A stretch of 64,000 nucleotides of DNA from contig NC_047019.1 of assembly GCF_902652985.1 (NCBI RefSeq), positions 23,808,001-23,872,000 on the forward strand, given 5' to 3'. Shown in pieces: positions 51,710 through 64,000 of the stretch (its first letter is position 1; each line of letters starts with the position of its first letter). A model generated the notes under the pieces. The model was not told where the DNA came from. It worked only from the letters and a program-made list of their open reading frames with translations, and did no database searches. This DNA comes from Pecten maximus. Lineage: Eukaryota. The translations under genes and the position numbers were made by a program.

Positions 51710-54700
51710 TTAACTTCTTAACATGGCGTCCCTGCCATGTGGAGTGGTGAAGTCAATATCCGGCCCAATGGATACAATTTTTGTCGGGTTGATTACAGTA
51801 TGACTTGTCTATAAAGAAAATAAATAAAGCAATATATTTAGATATAGGGTGTTTCAGCTGTGTTGAATGAAATGAAATATGAATTGGTTGATAAAAAGGA
51901 TCTCAACATTACATAATAAACCATAACTATAATATATGTCAATCGATATACGTCCTCATAATATCACTAAATATCGCGATTCCGTACGTACAACGTGTAG
52001 TAGTGACATGTATAATTGTTTATTGATAGATATCACCTACACATGTACCAAACAGTACGACGTGTGTTACATTGTGATTATGATCAATACTAACAATGGT
52101 TAAGAAAATGCAACTATAAAGTTTATATCATTTTTCTAAAACGCTGTCAAATAATCATTTTTTACCAAAATCATTGTTTTGAGGACGAAGCAGCTGTATG
52201 ATGCAGGTCGATCTGTTATTTCATGCCTTTTGTAAAATCCTCTTAAACGTAATGAAGGAATTGACCGTAAAGGAAACTTACCAGATAATGTTTAAAACAT
52301 AACATTGCTACACGTTTTACATATTGTTTGTATACAATATTGATTAGGTTTGCAACAAACTCACCATGTAGTGCTTAGTGATGTGTTCAAAGTTCACGGT
52401 GTCAGCCACCCCCGGGATCTGGTACAACTCCCTCAGGTATCCCCACATGTTAGGGTAGTCTACAATCCGCTTCTTGTTACACTGGGCGAAATTATATCAT
52501 ATATTACGAGGTTTCATATCAAATTAAGATTACCATAACAATTTGAAACCGAACATAGTCATATCTTTCGTAACTGTTATCCGTTGAATTAGTGCTTATT
52601 TGTTCCGAATACTGATTATCATGATCAAAAGTTCGGTATATAATCTTGAACTTACCTTGAAATGCCCTACGTAGACTAGATCAAACCGCATAAGCGTTGT
52701 GAATAGACGGATATCCGCCTCTGTCAGATTACTTCCGGTTAGGTAGCGGGTTTTAGACAAGATATCTTCTACCTAAAGAAACGGAAACAAAAATAACGCT
52801 TTAATTGAAACAGAATTCTTAAAGCCGACATACACATCCATTTTACATTTAAACAAGGGAGCTTATATTAGTCAGAAGCAAAAGGATGTAGATACTCATC
52901 GTGATAGTGTCGCCCTACATAAGGCTAGGTTAAAAGTATTCTAAAAGAGAGCATTATTACTATACATTTACATATCTCCCTTCTTAAGCTTCATAAACTC
53001 TGACTGCGAATAAAATAGTAAATACGCAAAGAAAAAAAAGCTCAGCGTATTAATAAGCGCGGGAATCGGTAATATAATTCATGACATCGTCTTTTTGTGA
53101 CGTGATGAAACGTCAACTAGACGGCGCCCTATTGTAATGACTGATCAACGTAATTCTAGTGTTTTCTCCTTTTACCTGATGATCTCTGTACAAAAACGAC
53201 AAGTGAGTTTTTGTTAAAAACTATACTGAATATTACGGAAATGCATAGGTGCATATTTAACTTTCCACGAGAAAGGCTAACAACAAATAACTGAGACATA
53301 CAGCTCCAAGAACATTCGAACACATCACTACTATATCTGTGTCAATGCGCTCTGTGCATGACAACCATGATTAATCTGAGACGGAAATTGTGGATTGTGA
53401 ATATATCAATTCATTAAAGACGTGAAAGATATTAAACAAAAATGTTTAGTTCTTTTAATTTTGTTAACTATACTGGTGTATTTACGTAGATTCACTGGAA
53501 CTATATTAGCTTAACAACCATAGTTACCGACGTCGCAACACATCTCGACTTTCATTTTCTTCGTAGGTATTTCAACGATTTGTTTGCTGTAATCATGAGG
53601 ATTGTACCCTATTTTGACTGCCTATTCGGTAGTATGTCCGCAGTTGGCAACGGACATATTCTATGGAGCGCTATCGCGCTAATCATAGAAAACGTTCATT
53701 GCCTCCTGCGGATAGTCATAATGAGGTACAATCTTTAATTACAGACCAATAAGTACGCATCGAGTAAGCATGTGTACCTTGTCGAGACCTTGGAAAACTT
53801 CACGTACAGCTGCATCATAGGCTTCTTGACTTGTTGCGAAACCGCTTCTGTACACACCGTTGTTGATCATCCTAAAACAAGGCTTGTATATCAACGACTG
53901 GTGCTTTGACATCAAAACATCTAACGATGTGGCCTTATTATAAGTGAATGTAAGTGAATGTACGTAAATATGTCATGCATGCGAAGAATACTTACGTTTT
54001 TATGCTTGATATGTAGACTTACTTATGTTTTGTTTTTTGATGGATATCCGACATATATTATGACGTTCGCAAGAGTGTTCTTTGTGAAGGAATGAATACA
54101 TGGTACCAGATAAATACAGTGTGTTAAATGATTCTCCCCTTTATTCATTATCTATATATCAGGGGAAAGAAAAACAAATCTTGATCTAACCAGGATTCTT
54201 GACGCTAAACAGGTATCCGTTTTAGTTTATTTTTGTATTCTTCTTTACTACTTTTACCAATACGATAATGCATGCAGCTTCCTATATTGTAGTTTGAAAA
54301 TGATATATAATGTTTGAATATTTCATCTTTCTCTCTGTGGAGCCTTAAAGTTTCAAACGAGGTAACAAATGATTCTTTCTTAAAATATGTGCGATTATCA
54401 TGCTTGAAGCGTTGTGATATATTAACATTGCGCTAAATTAATCATTGATAGATAGCGTTTGAAAGTATGCATTGTTTTGGAAACAGAAGAAAAAAATACC
54501 TTCAGTCGGTAATTAACAATGAAATACTTATTTCTTAACAGTCAATCATTAATTTCACTTTTCAAATACATACGGATAAATCCATTCGTTAATTTCCTCG
54601 ATGTCCTTCTGGAGGGTCTCAGGGTAAAAGTTCAACTTCTGCTGTTCCTCGTTGGCACAGTAAACATTGAATTCCGAATTGAACATCCGGATTATCTCGC

Positions 54701-57587
54701 TCGACTCGTTGTTTACAATGGTTTTCTTTTGTTTATCCCAAAGGACGGGAACGGTGATACGGCCATCATAATCTAAAAACAGGACAACATGCCATGCACT
54801 TGTAGTAATATCAACATCGACAAAAGTAATGATAAGTCCTCCAAGGTGAGGCCAGGATAATGCTGCTGACATAGCTATAGAACTTGATAACAAAAGATAA
54901 GTAAGAGATTGATAAGGTTGATCGTAAATAGGAATTGATAGTTCAACAACACTACGCGGGTACCTATATAAAATGAAACATCAGAAACTGGGCAGCGAGG
55001 ATACCAATTTAAACTGAAACATCAGAGACTGGACAGTGAGGATACCAATTTAATCTGAAACATCAGAGAATTGGCAGTGAGGATACCAATATAATCTGAA
55101 ACTTCAGAGACTGGGCAGCAAGGATTCCAATATAAACTGAAACATCAGAGACTGGGTAGCGAGGATAACATATAATTTGTAACATTTGCGACTAGAGGCA
55201 TTGATGTAACAATTGATCTTTCTGTATTTTCTTTAATAATTCATTAATATTGTGTAAAATACACCAGCAATGTTACAAACCATATACCAGAACAGATTAA
55301 CGAGACAATATGTCTAAACTATTCAGGGAAAATTGATACTGAGAGTAATTTACCGACCTGGGTTAGCCATACGATAAACATCCCGCAACCGCGAACAGCC
55401 GTTGACTGTGTCCAAAGTACAATTGGGTTTCTAGATAAAGAAAACCAGATTAACATCCAGAAAATCAAAATGATTGACAACGAAATATTATCAAATATTG
55501 AAAGAAAAAATAACAACCAAGCATCAGCCATTTGGACCTAAATACCGAAAGCCTGCTAAAAGGTATGTTGCTTTCCGCAATGAATGCTAATTAAGTATAT
55601 GAAATGAATATGATTATGATGATGGCTGGTTTTATGTACATGTTTTGTATGGTGGGAATCCAATGATTGCCTGGATGAACGACCGTTGTCAGTGATGGCC
55701 ATGGTTATTTCGTGGTTCGACATTTAGATAGTGTGATAGGATTCTTCACTGAACGACACCTAGGATCGCTGATCTAATTTTCAGTGGCTAAGATGATTTG
55801 ATAATAATTGTAGTTATATATAAATTATATATTTGCTTGTTAACGTGCATCTCTGAGAGGGCTAATATGGCATGTTGCCAAATAATTTTGTGTTAACGTT
55901 GTTTGAAATGAATTGATACCCACAAAGTACTGAATCCTTTCTATACCAAGTGTAACCATTATTTTATTGGAATAGAAAATACAAACATACCTTGTCTGTG
56001 AAAGACCATCCTTGACCGTCCAGGAACCAGTCTACAACGTCATAAGAGATGGCGTGTTCCAACCCCTTGAGTTTCCTAACGATCAGGGTACGGTGAGCCC
56101 AGGGACAGGCTAGGCTGACATACAGATGATACCGCCCGGACTCTGCCTTATACCCAGACGATCCATCCGCTGTATATGTTAGAGTCATTGAATGGCGAGA
56201 TATCAATATAGGTATATCAGAATAAGACTTTATGGATCATGTATTTTCAGTCCATTTTCTTATTTGTATTCTTTGTTAAATGTTCAATTTTATCTTTCTG
56301 ATTTTTAATCGTCATCTTATCTCATTATTATCTAATACACGTAGGATGTACTCTACATTACCGTCTTTAAAGTTATAACATCTCCATAAAGTGATGGTAA
56401 TTCAATACAGACTCGATCACACAAAAAAAAAAGAAAACAAATCTGTCCAGTGTATACTTTAAAACGAATTTGCCTTTTATTGCTTAAAATTCGTGGCAAA
56501 GTGTGTTATATATTATTCATGGAACTATATCAATAACACCACTTCATTCTCACCACTATTAGTGTCTGTTCACGTTACTACACAGGAATATTGTGTAACG
56601 GGGATTACCTCCCCTGTACGCCTTTCCATTTCGTTTGGCTGATAAGAAATTGAAGCATAGCGACTATTTATTATATTATGAATTAATGAAGTAAAGGAGG
56701 TGTAAGCCACGAAACTGTTGAAAATTAACCTTCTGTATAAGCATCCGGGAATCATGTGGCCCATGATGTCATCTAAGGTTATCAAGTATTACTTACCGGT
56801 AATCCTACAACAGAGAAAAAATCGTGATGAATACCTTTGTGTTTACCCTGTTTACATTTAGGTATACCATATATGGGTAGTATTCATCACACAGACACAC
56901 CAAATAGACATGTAGATATGTATTCGGTGCACATGAACAGCTAATGATATATTAAAAAACGACAGTTCATGTACATAATTGTATGTAATATCGAAATGGT
57001 AACCAACTTTTTTTTTTTAAATATATCAAATATGGAAAACAATAAGGTCATAGACAGAAAGATCATCTGATTGATAAGATATTTTCATTGTAAGGAATTG
57101 AACCTTTAGTTTCTGTAAACATTTTTATGATCTCTTAGTAGTAGCTAGTTTTGTATAGCGGTGTGGCGTACCTAAACATTATTCTGAGTTCATCGAAGAA
57201 TTAACTCAGTGGTATTGTCAGTTCAGTTGAAAAACTAGAACGCGTGAAAAAATCAGAATGACCGCACCCCCACAGGTCTAAGTATAAAATTTGAACTAAC
57301 AATACAGTAATAAATAACACTGTGTACCGGTCGATAAATATACGGTACATATATATATTCACGTTTGTAGAGTATGAAAACACATTGTGGTGAAACGCGA
57401 AAGCATGTACGTGAACACAAGTGCTCCCTAGCCCAGACAGCCCATTTGTATATGCCGGGAAAATAAAATTAGCGTTTTATCAAAAGATCAATGCTTACCA
57501 ATCACGGAATACTGATTTAGCCCTAAGGAACTCTCCTGTGGTTGACGGAGGTAATGTAAACTCTTTCTTGGTATCAGGGACAGCCAT
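51710..57587 (-). CDS. yqjG: Glutathionyl-hydroquinone reductase copy C, 324 aa, 9 exons
   Basis: Exons 57587-57499, 56804-56797, 56169-55991, 55430-55358, 54772-54574, 53871-53778, 52772-52656, 52481-52365, 51808-51710 (975 nt, open frame). All family motifs are intact. Confidence 0.9.
54970..55172. repeat. 41-bp-unit minisatellite, ~5 copies, in copy C intron 4
   Basis: GAAACATCAGAGACTGGGCAGCGAGGATACCAAT recurs at 54975, 55016, 55057, 55098, 55139. Confidence 0.9.
56797..56804 (-). CDS. 8-nt micro-exon (GATTACCG) of copy C
   Basis: Context ttgtag|GATTACCG|gtaagt. Confidence 0.85.
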
Positions 57588-57976
57588 TCTCCTACCAGTA
57601 TATAGGTCGTGTGTAGTAAGTACACAAGGACTTAGTTTACTACGGTTGATATATCCGACAGTGTGCTACGTGTGTAGTCGGTACATGTGTATTATTGATT
57701 CATGGATCACTGAGTTACTGTTTACATAGTTAAAGCTATTAAAGAGGAAGAATTTTCCGTTACAGATGTCGACTTCTGAGGGCGAAATTAACAATGCCAT
57801 GTTTAAAAGATACAGGTTGATGAAGACCAAGGGACAGTTTTATGGACAACATCATTATATCATTTGAAAGTATTCTATTACCTTATATGTGGTATGAAAA
57901 CCTGTCTGTTATTTACTCCCGCTTAATCCGTTTTGAGTTTGATATATGGTTTCCTTATCATGTAAGGATTCGTTTC

Positions 57977-58010
<34 letters not shown>
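57977..58010. repeat. (TGT)n microsatellite
   Basis: About 11 perfect TGT units. Confidence 0.95.
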
Positions 58011-58013
<3 letters not shown>

Positions 58014-58344
58014 TTAAAAGAAATGTAGCAATATCATTATTCACATCAACATGCTCAAGGGTTCAAACCTTAGATCTGATAAAGAAATAGCAGATAATTT
58101 CAATAATACTAAATAATGGGATATTTAACAAAGCTCAGATGAGGAACAGGAATATCGATGGTTATGATTTAGGGTTTCATGTAATCGTTTAATTACTGTT
58201 TTAATACAGGCTTTGTGGCATTTGAATTATAGACAGATTCTGCTGAAATGGAGATTATATGTTTATGTGTTTCTACACGTTTCACATAAAAGTTGCCTTA
58301 ATAGAATGTTTTCTTTTTCTACCCTATCGAATCGTTTTTATATA

Positions 58345-58567
58345 GTTTGGTTTGTTTGGTTTGTTTTTTATTTAACGTCCTATTAACATCCCAGGGTCAT
58401 TTAAGGACGTGCAAGGTTTTTGAGGTGGGGGAAAGCCGGAGTACCCGTAGAAAAACCACCGGCCTACAGTCAGTACCTGGCAACTGCCCCACGTAGGTTT
58501 CGAACTCGCAACCCAGAGGTGGATGGCTAGTGTCGGGACACCTTAACCACTCGGCCACCGCGGCCCC
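58345..58567 (-). mobile_element. tRNA-derived SINE, same family as 10905-11122
   Basis: A-box TGGCCGAGTGG, B-box GAGTTCGAAAC, core GGTTTTTCTACGGGTACTCCGGCTTTCC, and an (AAAC)n tail. Confidence 0.85.
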
Positions 58568-59189
58568 GTTTTTATATAGACAGCGTTTCGTTAAAGTTGA
58601 CCTTTATAAAAGGCAGTTTGTTATATGGAGGTGTCTTTGTTTAGAACATAATGCTCGATGGTACGAATTATGGTATTTTTATAGTGGTGGTAGATATCCC
58701 AATATCTCTAAGGATATCTCGAGAATTATTCGAAGTTTATGGATAAATGAAGTTGTTATGACAGTTCATCCGCATAACCGGTTTCATCGTTATGGGTAAT
58801 GAAAGATGACCACATTACATGTTTTCGTCTGCTGACCTAATTAATTAAGTATATCAATAAAACATTAGACAGCAAATCATCAATCCTTTATTATGTGAAT
58901 AAAGATAATAATAACAAGTACAAGAAGCCAATGTTTATTATGTCACTCGAATATAATATTTTATTATCATCCTTACATGGCCAATCTTTTCAAGAGTTGT
59001 CCCGTTGATCTTTAATTTGTTTTATCATTAGTACCTATACAGTTAGTACATGCCTCTCTTGTCTATATGGTAAACTATCTGTTAACTCTTCTTCGGGTGT
59101 GACTGATGTGACTGTAAAAGATATGTAGAAGATGTGGTCGTCTTATAATCCACGGTTTATCATGTATACCGTGTAGTGTCCTACTCTTA

Positions 59190-59358
59190 TTCTGTGTCGA
59201 CCTGGTCACAGCCTAGTTGTACTTATTGACACGTTTCTGTGTCGACCTGGTAGCAGTCTAGTTGTACTTATGGACACGGATTCTAAGTTGACCTGGTCAC
59301 ATTTTAGTGGTCCTTTAAAAACACGTTTTCTACATTGATTTGGTCACAGTCTAGTTAT
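59190..59358. repeat. Degenerate ~46-bp tandem repeat, ~3.5 copies
   Basis: TCTGTGTCGACCTGGTCACAGxCTAGTTGTACTTATxGACACG units. Confidence 0.75.
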
Positions 59359-60303
59359 CTGAGCCATCGTCTGTAATAATAACTTCCACGTAATTAACTT
59401 CATTTTGCACCCTTTTCTTTTTTAATTCCTCTGTCACCTCCAAGGTATGAACACTTTAGCATCACCATCGAGTCATAGAATGAAACAGCTGTATGATGTT
59501 ATTTAATATATACTTTGGTTCTACTGTATCTAATTATCAATTGGCATTGAAGAGTTTTAATATTGTCTGTGCCTTTTAAACTCGGTTTATGTGCATGCAA
59601 TACATATAATTTACAAGATATGGTGAATATGTGTCACCAAGACAAACAAATCCAGTAGATATTTCTATTTAGTGTACAAATAACCAGATAAAGGCCTCAT
59701 TCGTTTCATTGTTTAATTACAATAGTAACAAAATATATAAGAAAATATGTATATATCACCTCATACATATTAGCATCTCAAATAGACGAAACACTATGTA
59801 TATATATATATAAAAACGTTTATGGAAATGAAAGTATAATTAACTACTATGAACTTTCAATATATATATTAGATCTTCCTTAGATCTTGTACAGGTAAAA
59901 ACCCTTCCCAATCATCGCGTCTAGTGGACTACCGTCATCCTGTTTTATTACACTTCAAACGCTCGTACGAGAAAATCAATCTGATTGGTTAAGTGCTTAG
60001 GATTAGTATTACGACTCTGCCATACCGTTTGTGAAAAAAATTAGAGCATATGTGATTGTCATTAGATTCTATAAATGTGTTGATATCAACGTAGATACAC
60101 CAATGAATCTTCAAATGTACCAGTACTAGTCATCGCGTTGATTGACGAAACATTATATAGACTGAGGTAGCAGCTGTATAATCTTTGTAATTTATTACGA
60201 AGTAATTAGATAGTTCATGTATCATGTTTTCAGCAGCTTTTCACATTGCATTCCTGTCGTCTGAAGTGGCGAAGAATTCGAATTTGTAAATCTACGGCTA
60301 TTT

Positions 60304-63300
60304 TTACGTCTGTTTTAAGTTTCTGACATGGCTTTCTCTGCCGTGTGGAGTAGTGAAGTCGATATCAGGTCCAATGGATACAATTCTCGTCGGATTGATC
60401 ATGGCGTGGCTCGTCTATAAAGACAACATATGAGTGTCAATGTCGGGGTAAATGATTTCGATATTTAGTTTCATTTTAACATGCACAGGTATAATTGGGT
60501 TAATAGGAACTCGAATAACTTTCTCTAAGAAACATATAACCAATCTTAGTTAAAGTAGTAGCATATGAAGCAGCATTCAGTGGTTCATATGAAGCATGTC
60601 ATATAATGACATGAAAAACGAGAGACATTAGTGACTTGCGTTACAAGATTTACTTACCTGACAGTACATACTTTTACATGTGTGTCTCCAGTAAATGATT
60701 AAGTGATAATTAATTGGGGAGTTACCTGACAGTGCATACTTTTACACGTGTGTCTCCAGTAAATGATTAAGTGATAATTAATTGGGGAGTTACCTGACAG
60801 TGCATACTTTTACACGTGGGTCTCCAGTAAATGATTAAGTGATAATTAATTGGAGTGTTACCTGACAGTTCATACTTTTTACATATGATTCTCCAGTAAA
60901 TGATTAAGTGATAATTAATTGGGGTGTTACCTAACAGTACATACTTTTATATGTAACTCTCCAGTAAATGATCAGTAAAACAGTAATATACTCTAGTTTC
61001 CCGTGATACGCTATAACTCTTTTTTAAATACAACCTTACCATGTAATGTTTAGTGATGTGTTCGAAGTTAACGGTGTCGGCCACCCCTGGGATCTGATAT
61101 AAATCCCTCAAGTATCCCCAAATATTAGGGAAGTCGACAATTCTCATCTTGTTACACTAGACAAAATAGATAGAAAATATTTACATTAAGAAACATTTAT
61201 TTTGGGCATTATTAAGGATAAAGATAAAATGTATCATAAACATAAGAATAATCAAATACTCATCTCTTATTGGCTGTCCTTCATACAATGAACGAAATGC
61301 AGTTTTAAGATGTTCTAACGTTATGGCCTTGGAGGCTAGACATATATATATATGTTTGATTGTTATTCGGTGCATTTGTATTTGATAGATAATACTTATT
61401 CAGACAGTTCATTTTTTTCTCTCTCACTTCTACGTGGTAATACTGGTCTGTCTAGGACAATGCATCAGTGATCGCTATGGTTGTATTACACATGCCCATC
61501 TATCAATTCAATACAGTCTCGGTTTTGACAACATTTTGTAACCCCTCAGGTGGAATATCCCTACATCCCAACATAGGTAAAAGTCTTATAATCTTGCACT
61601 AACTTTAAAATGTCCGACGTAGACCAAATCAAACCGAATAAGAGTTGTAAATAGACGGATATCTGCTTCTGTCAGTTCACTTCCGGTTAGATAGCGGGAT
61701 TTAGACAAGATTTCGTCTACCTGTGGAAACAAAATCGAAGATCAGTATTCCTAAAGCATTAATATAACCGTCCACAATACGTAATTTTAGACATAACCTA
61801 TAATTCGTGCAAGGGATAAGAAATATGAAAGGTTATACTTAACAACGAAATAAAGTTAAGCATTATACTTTTTCTCTAAGGATGATTTGTAGCAAGTTTC
61901 GACAAAAATCCCGTATTTTCAAGTGAATCGAAGAACTTCCTATATATATATATATATTACACCTAGGCCCCTGCAAAATAAGATGGAGTTTAAAGAAAAT
62001 TCTACCCTGGGGTGCAGACCAACCGCTTCTACTTAATTTGCTCCTCTTTATACAAGGATGCTTGTGGTTGATATGGATAAAATCGTTTCATTCCTATAGA
62101 ATAAAAAGTAATTTTCTAAACAGGCATATTTCCTTTATTGTGCCCCACCCTTTAAGTGTCTCTGGGAACAAATAAACATATCTTTTTGCAGGGGTATTGT
62201 GAAAAATGTGTCAAATTACCTTTGGGATCACGTCACTGAAGCCCATCGGGCCCAAACTAAATATTTATAGAAAACTGATTCTCTTTTACGTAAGGTGCTT
62301 TAGATCAAATTGGGTGAAAATCCAAGAACTCGTTCATGACAAGTAGCAAACTTGAGGAAAAGTTGTCGGACGGACCAATTCGGGCCATGTGAGCTATAGG
62401 GAACAACCAACCAATTGAAAAAAAATATATTTTTGAAACAGCCCCTGCGTATAGAAAGTTGAGCCAAGGACAAAATGTCTGGCAGCCACTGATTGGCCAG
62501 TATGTTATGAAGCGAGAAAATAGATATGTAGCCTGATAGGTAACTATCAATAAGAAATTTTGATATAAATTTCGTAAGTCCGATTGATTTTTTCCCAAAA
62601 AATTCAGGTAATAATAATTAACAGGTAAACATTTAAGATTTTTGAGATTTTTTACTGCGAAATTCACCCATTTTCAAAATGGCTACCCTGGAGAAAATTT
62701 GAGCTGAAGGACCCAACTTTTTTTTTGATAAGGTGTTATATCAGACCCTAAACTTTTGTTATAAACCATAATTGTCGTATTAAATTCAAGAATTTGAATG
62801 AAATACTCCAAAACGTTAACACTAATGTCTATGGGAAAACAATTGGTTGGTTGGTCCCTTTATAAATACCATGGGAGCACCGACTCTAGTCGGTAAGACG
62901 AACCTTAGCAATAGATCGAGAGTCATGTTGGTTGTAAACAAGTAGCTGTGTATACCTTATTGAGACCCTGGAACAACTCCCGCACTGCTACATCATAAGC
63001 CTCTTGAGTTGTAGCAAAACCGCTTCTGTATACCCCGTTGTTGATCATCCTGTCATTTAATTAAATATTTATTTTCTATTAGTTGCATTTATTGCATTGA
63101 AAAGGTGATAGCTAGTCCTAAACATGCGAATTATAGAAGCAATAGACGTCAAAGTCGCCTTAACTGAAGTTAAAATACACATACGAGTAAATCCATTCGT
63201 TTACTCCATCGATGTCTTTCCGGAGGTTTTCAGGATACAAATCCAACTTCCGCTGTTCCTCGGCTGCACTGTAAGCATTGAATTCTGAGTTTAACATCCG

Positions 63301-63383
63301 GATTACTTCGCTTGACTCGTTGTTTACAATTGTTTTCTTTTCTTTATCCCACACGACGGGAACGGTGACACGGCCGTCGTAAT
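60304..63383 (-). CDS. yqjG: Glutathionyl-hydroquinone reductase copy D, partial (exons 5-9; 5' exons presumably beyond the window)
   Basis: Exons 63383-63185, 63049-62956, 61720-61604, 61156-61040, 60414-60304. Exons 5-8 match the paralog lengths (199/94/117/117). A 1-nt insertion near the end alters the C-terminal tail. Confidence 0.88.
60654..60975. repeat. 68-bp-unit minisatellite, ~4.7 copies, in the last intron of copy D
   Basis: TTACCT recurs at 60654, 60722, 60790, 60858, 60927. Confidence 0.92.
62398..62859. mobile_element. MITE (unclassified) with 20-bp TIRs, abutting a decayed Helentron-like remnant (~61960-62396)
   Basis: AGGGAACAACCAACCAATTG / CAATTGGTTGGTTGGTCCCT (1 mismatch). 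Confidence 0.75.
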
Positions 63384-64000
63384 CTTTATAAGAACAAAAA
63401 CACCGGTGCATGTGTCACATTTAATGATTACATATATGTTATTACTTTACACACAATTACAGGTATAATGAATACTTCTGTACGTTTGACTTGTGGGAGC
63501 ACTTGCTTGACAAACTTCGATTTAACAGGAATATTGATAATTTGATCGACCAATCAAAATCTCTTCGTCCGGAAAATGGAAACAGCATTCCAAGATGGCT
63601 ACGCCAATATATCGTCATGTTTTGTATTTGCCATCTCGAAAAAAAAACAACAACAACATTAAACGACGTTTCGGATTGGTCAGATTTTCTTGACCATAGT
63701 ATTTGGAACCAATCAGATTACTGGAACTGGTTCATGAACAAATCATGATTACGAGATGTTTTATATAAATGCCCCCACGATATCGAGCTATGTAAAGACA
63801 GATGACGTGGGTACCGACGATGGGTTAGCGATGACGCTCGTATTTTTCCGCATGAGGAAGGAGAGTGATATGGAGGACAGATATTGAAAACTCGTATACT
63901 GTGAAACATAAAAATGCTGCTGTTAAATTGTAAATATAATGCAAAATTACTTTCTAGGATAGCTTTATGTCTCTGTTGTTAAATATACCACTCAAGCCTT

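Noticed and set aside
28777-63383. Bacterial contamination or recent horizontal transfer of yqjG
   Set aside because: The genes have eight canonical spliceosomal introns, a micro-exon and host-type repeats within the introns.

Overview
AT-rich, intron-containing animal genomic DNA. The repeat families (Helentron-type non-autonomous elements with internal satellite arrays, Meta/V-domain tRNA-SINEs, CR1/L2 LINEs) point to a bivalve mollusc (inference). Bases 1-16 kb are repeats only: minisatellites, nested Helentron-like elements, SINEs and a LINE fragment. Next is a head-to-head pair: an IAP gene (BIR-BIR-UBA-RING, minus strand, 352 aa) and a DGCR6/gonadal homolog (plus strand, 203 aa), with strong NF-kB sites between them. 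From 28.8 kb to the window end is a tandem array of at least four minus-strand, 9-exon glutathionyl-hydroquinone reductase (YqjG/ECM4, Xi-class GST) genes. Each of the three complete copies needs a conserved 8-nt micro-exon to stay in frame. Copy B has a 13-nt deletion that a GTAAGA donor exactly 13 nt downstream could rescue. Between copies B and C is a 5'-truncated CR1-type LINE with an 11-bp target-site duplication, interrupted by a small element carrying a tRNA-like Pol III unit and a long hairpin. All gene models were assembled by eye from splice signals and reading-frame phase, without database searches.
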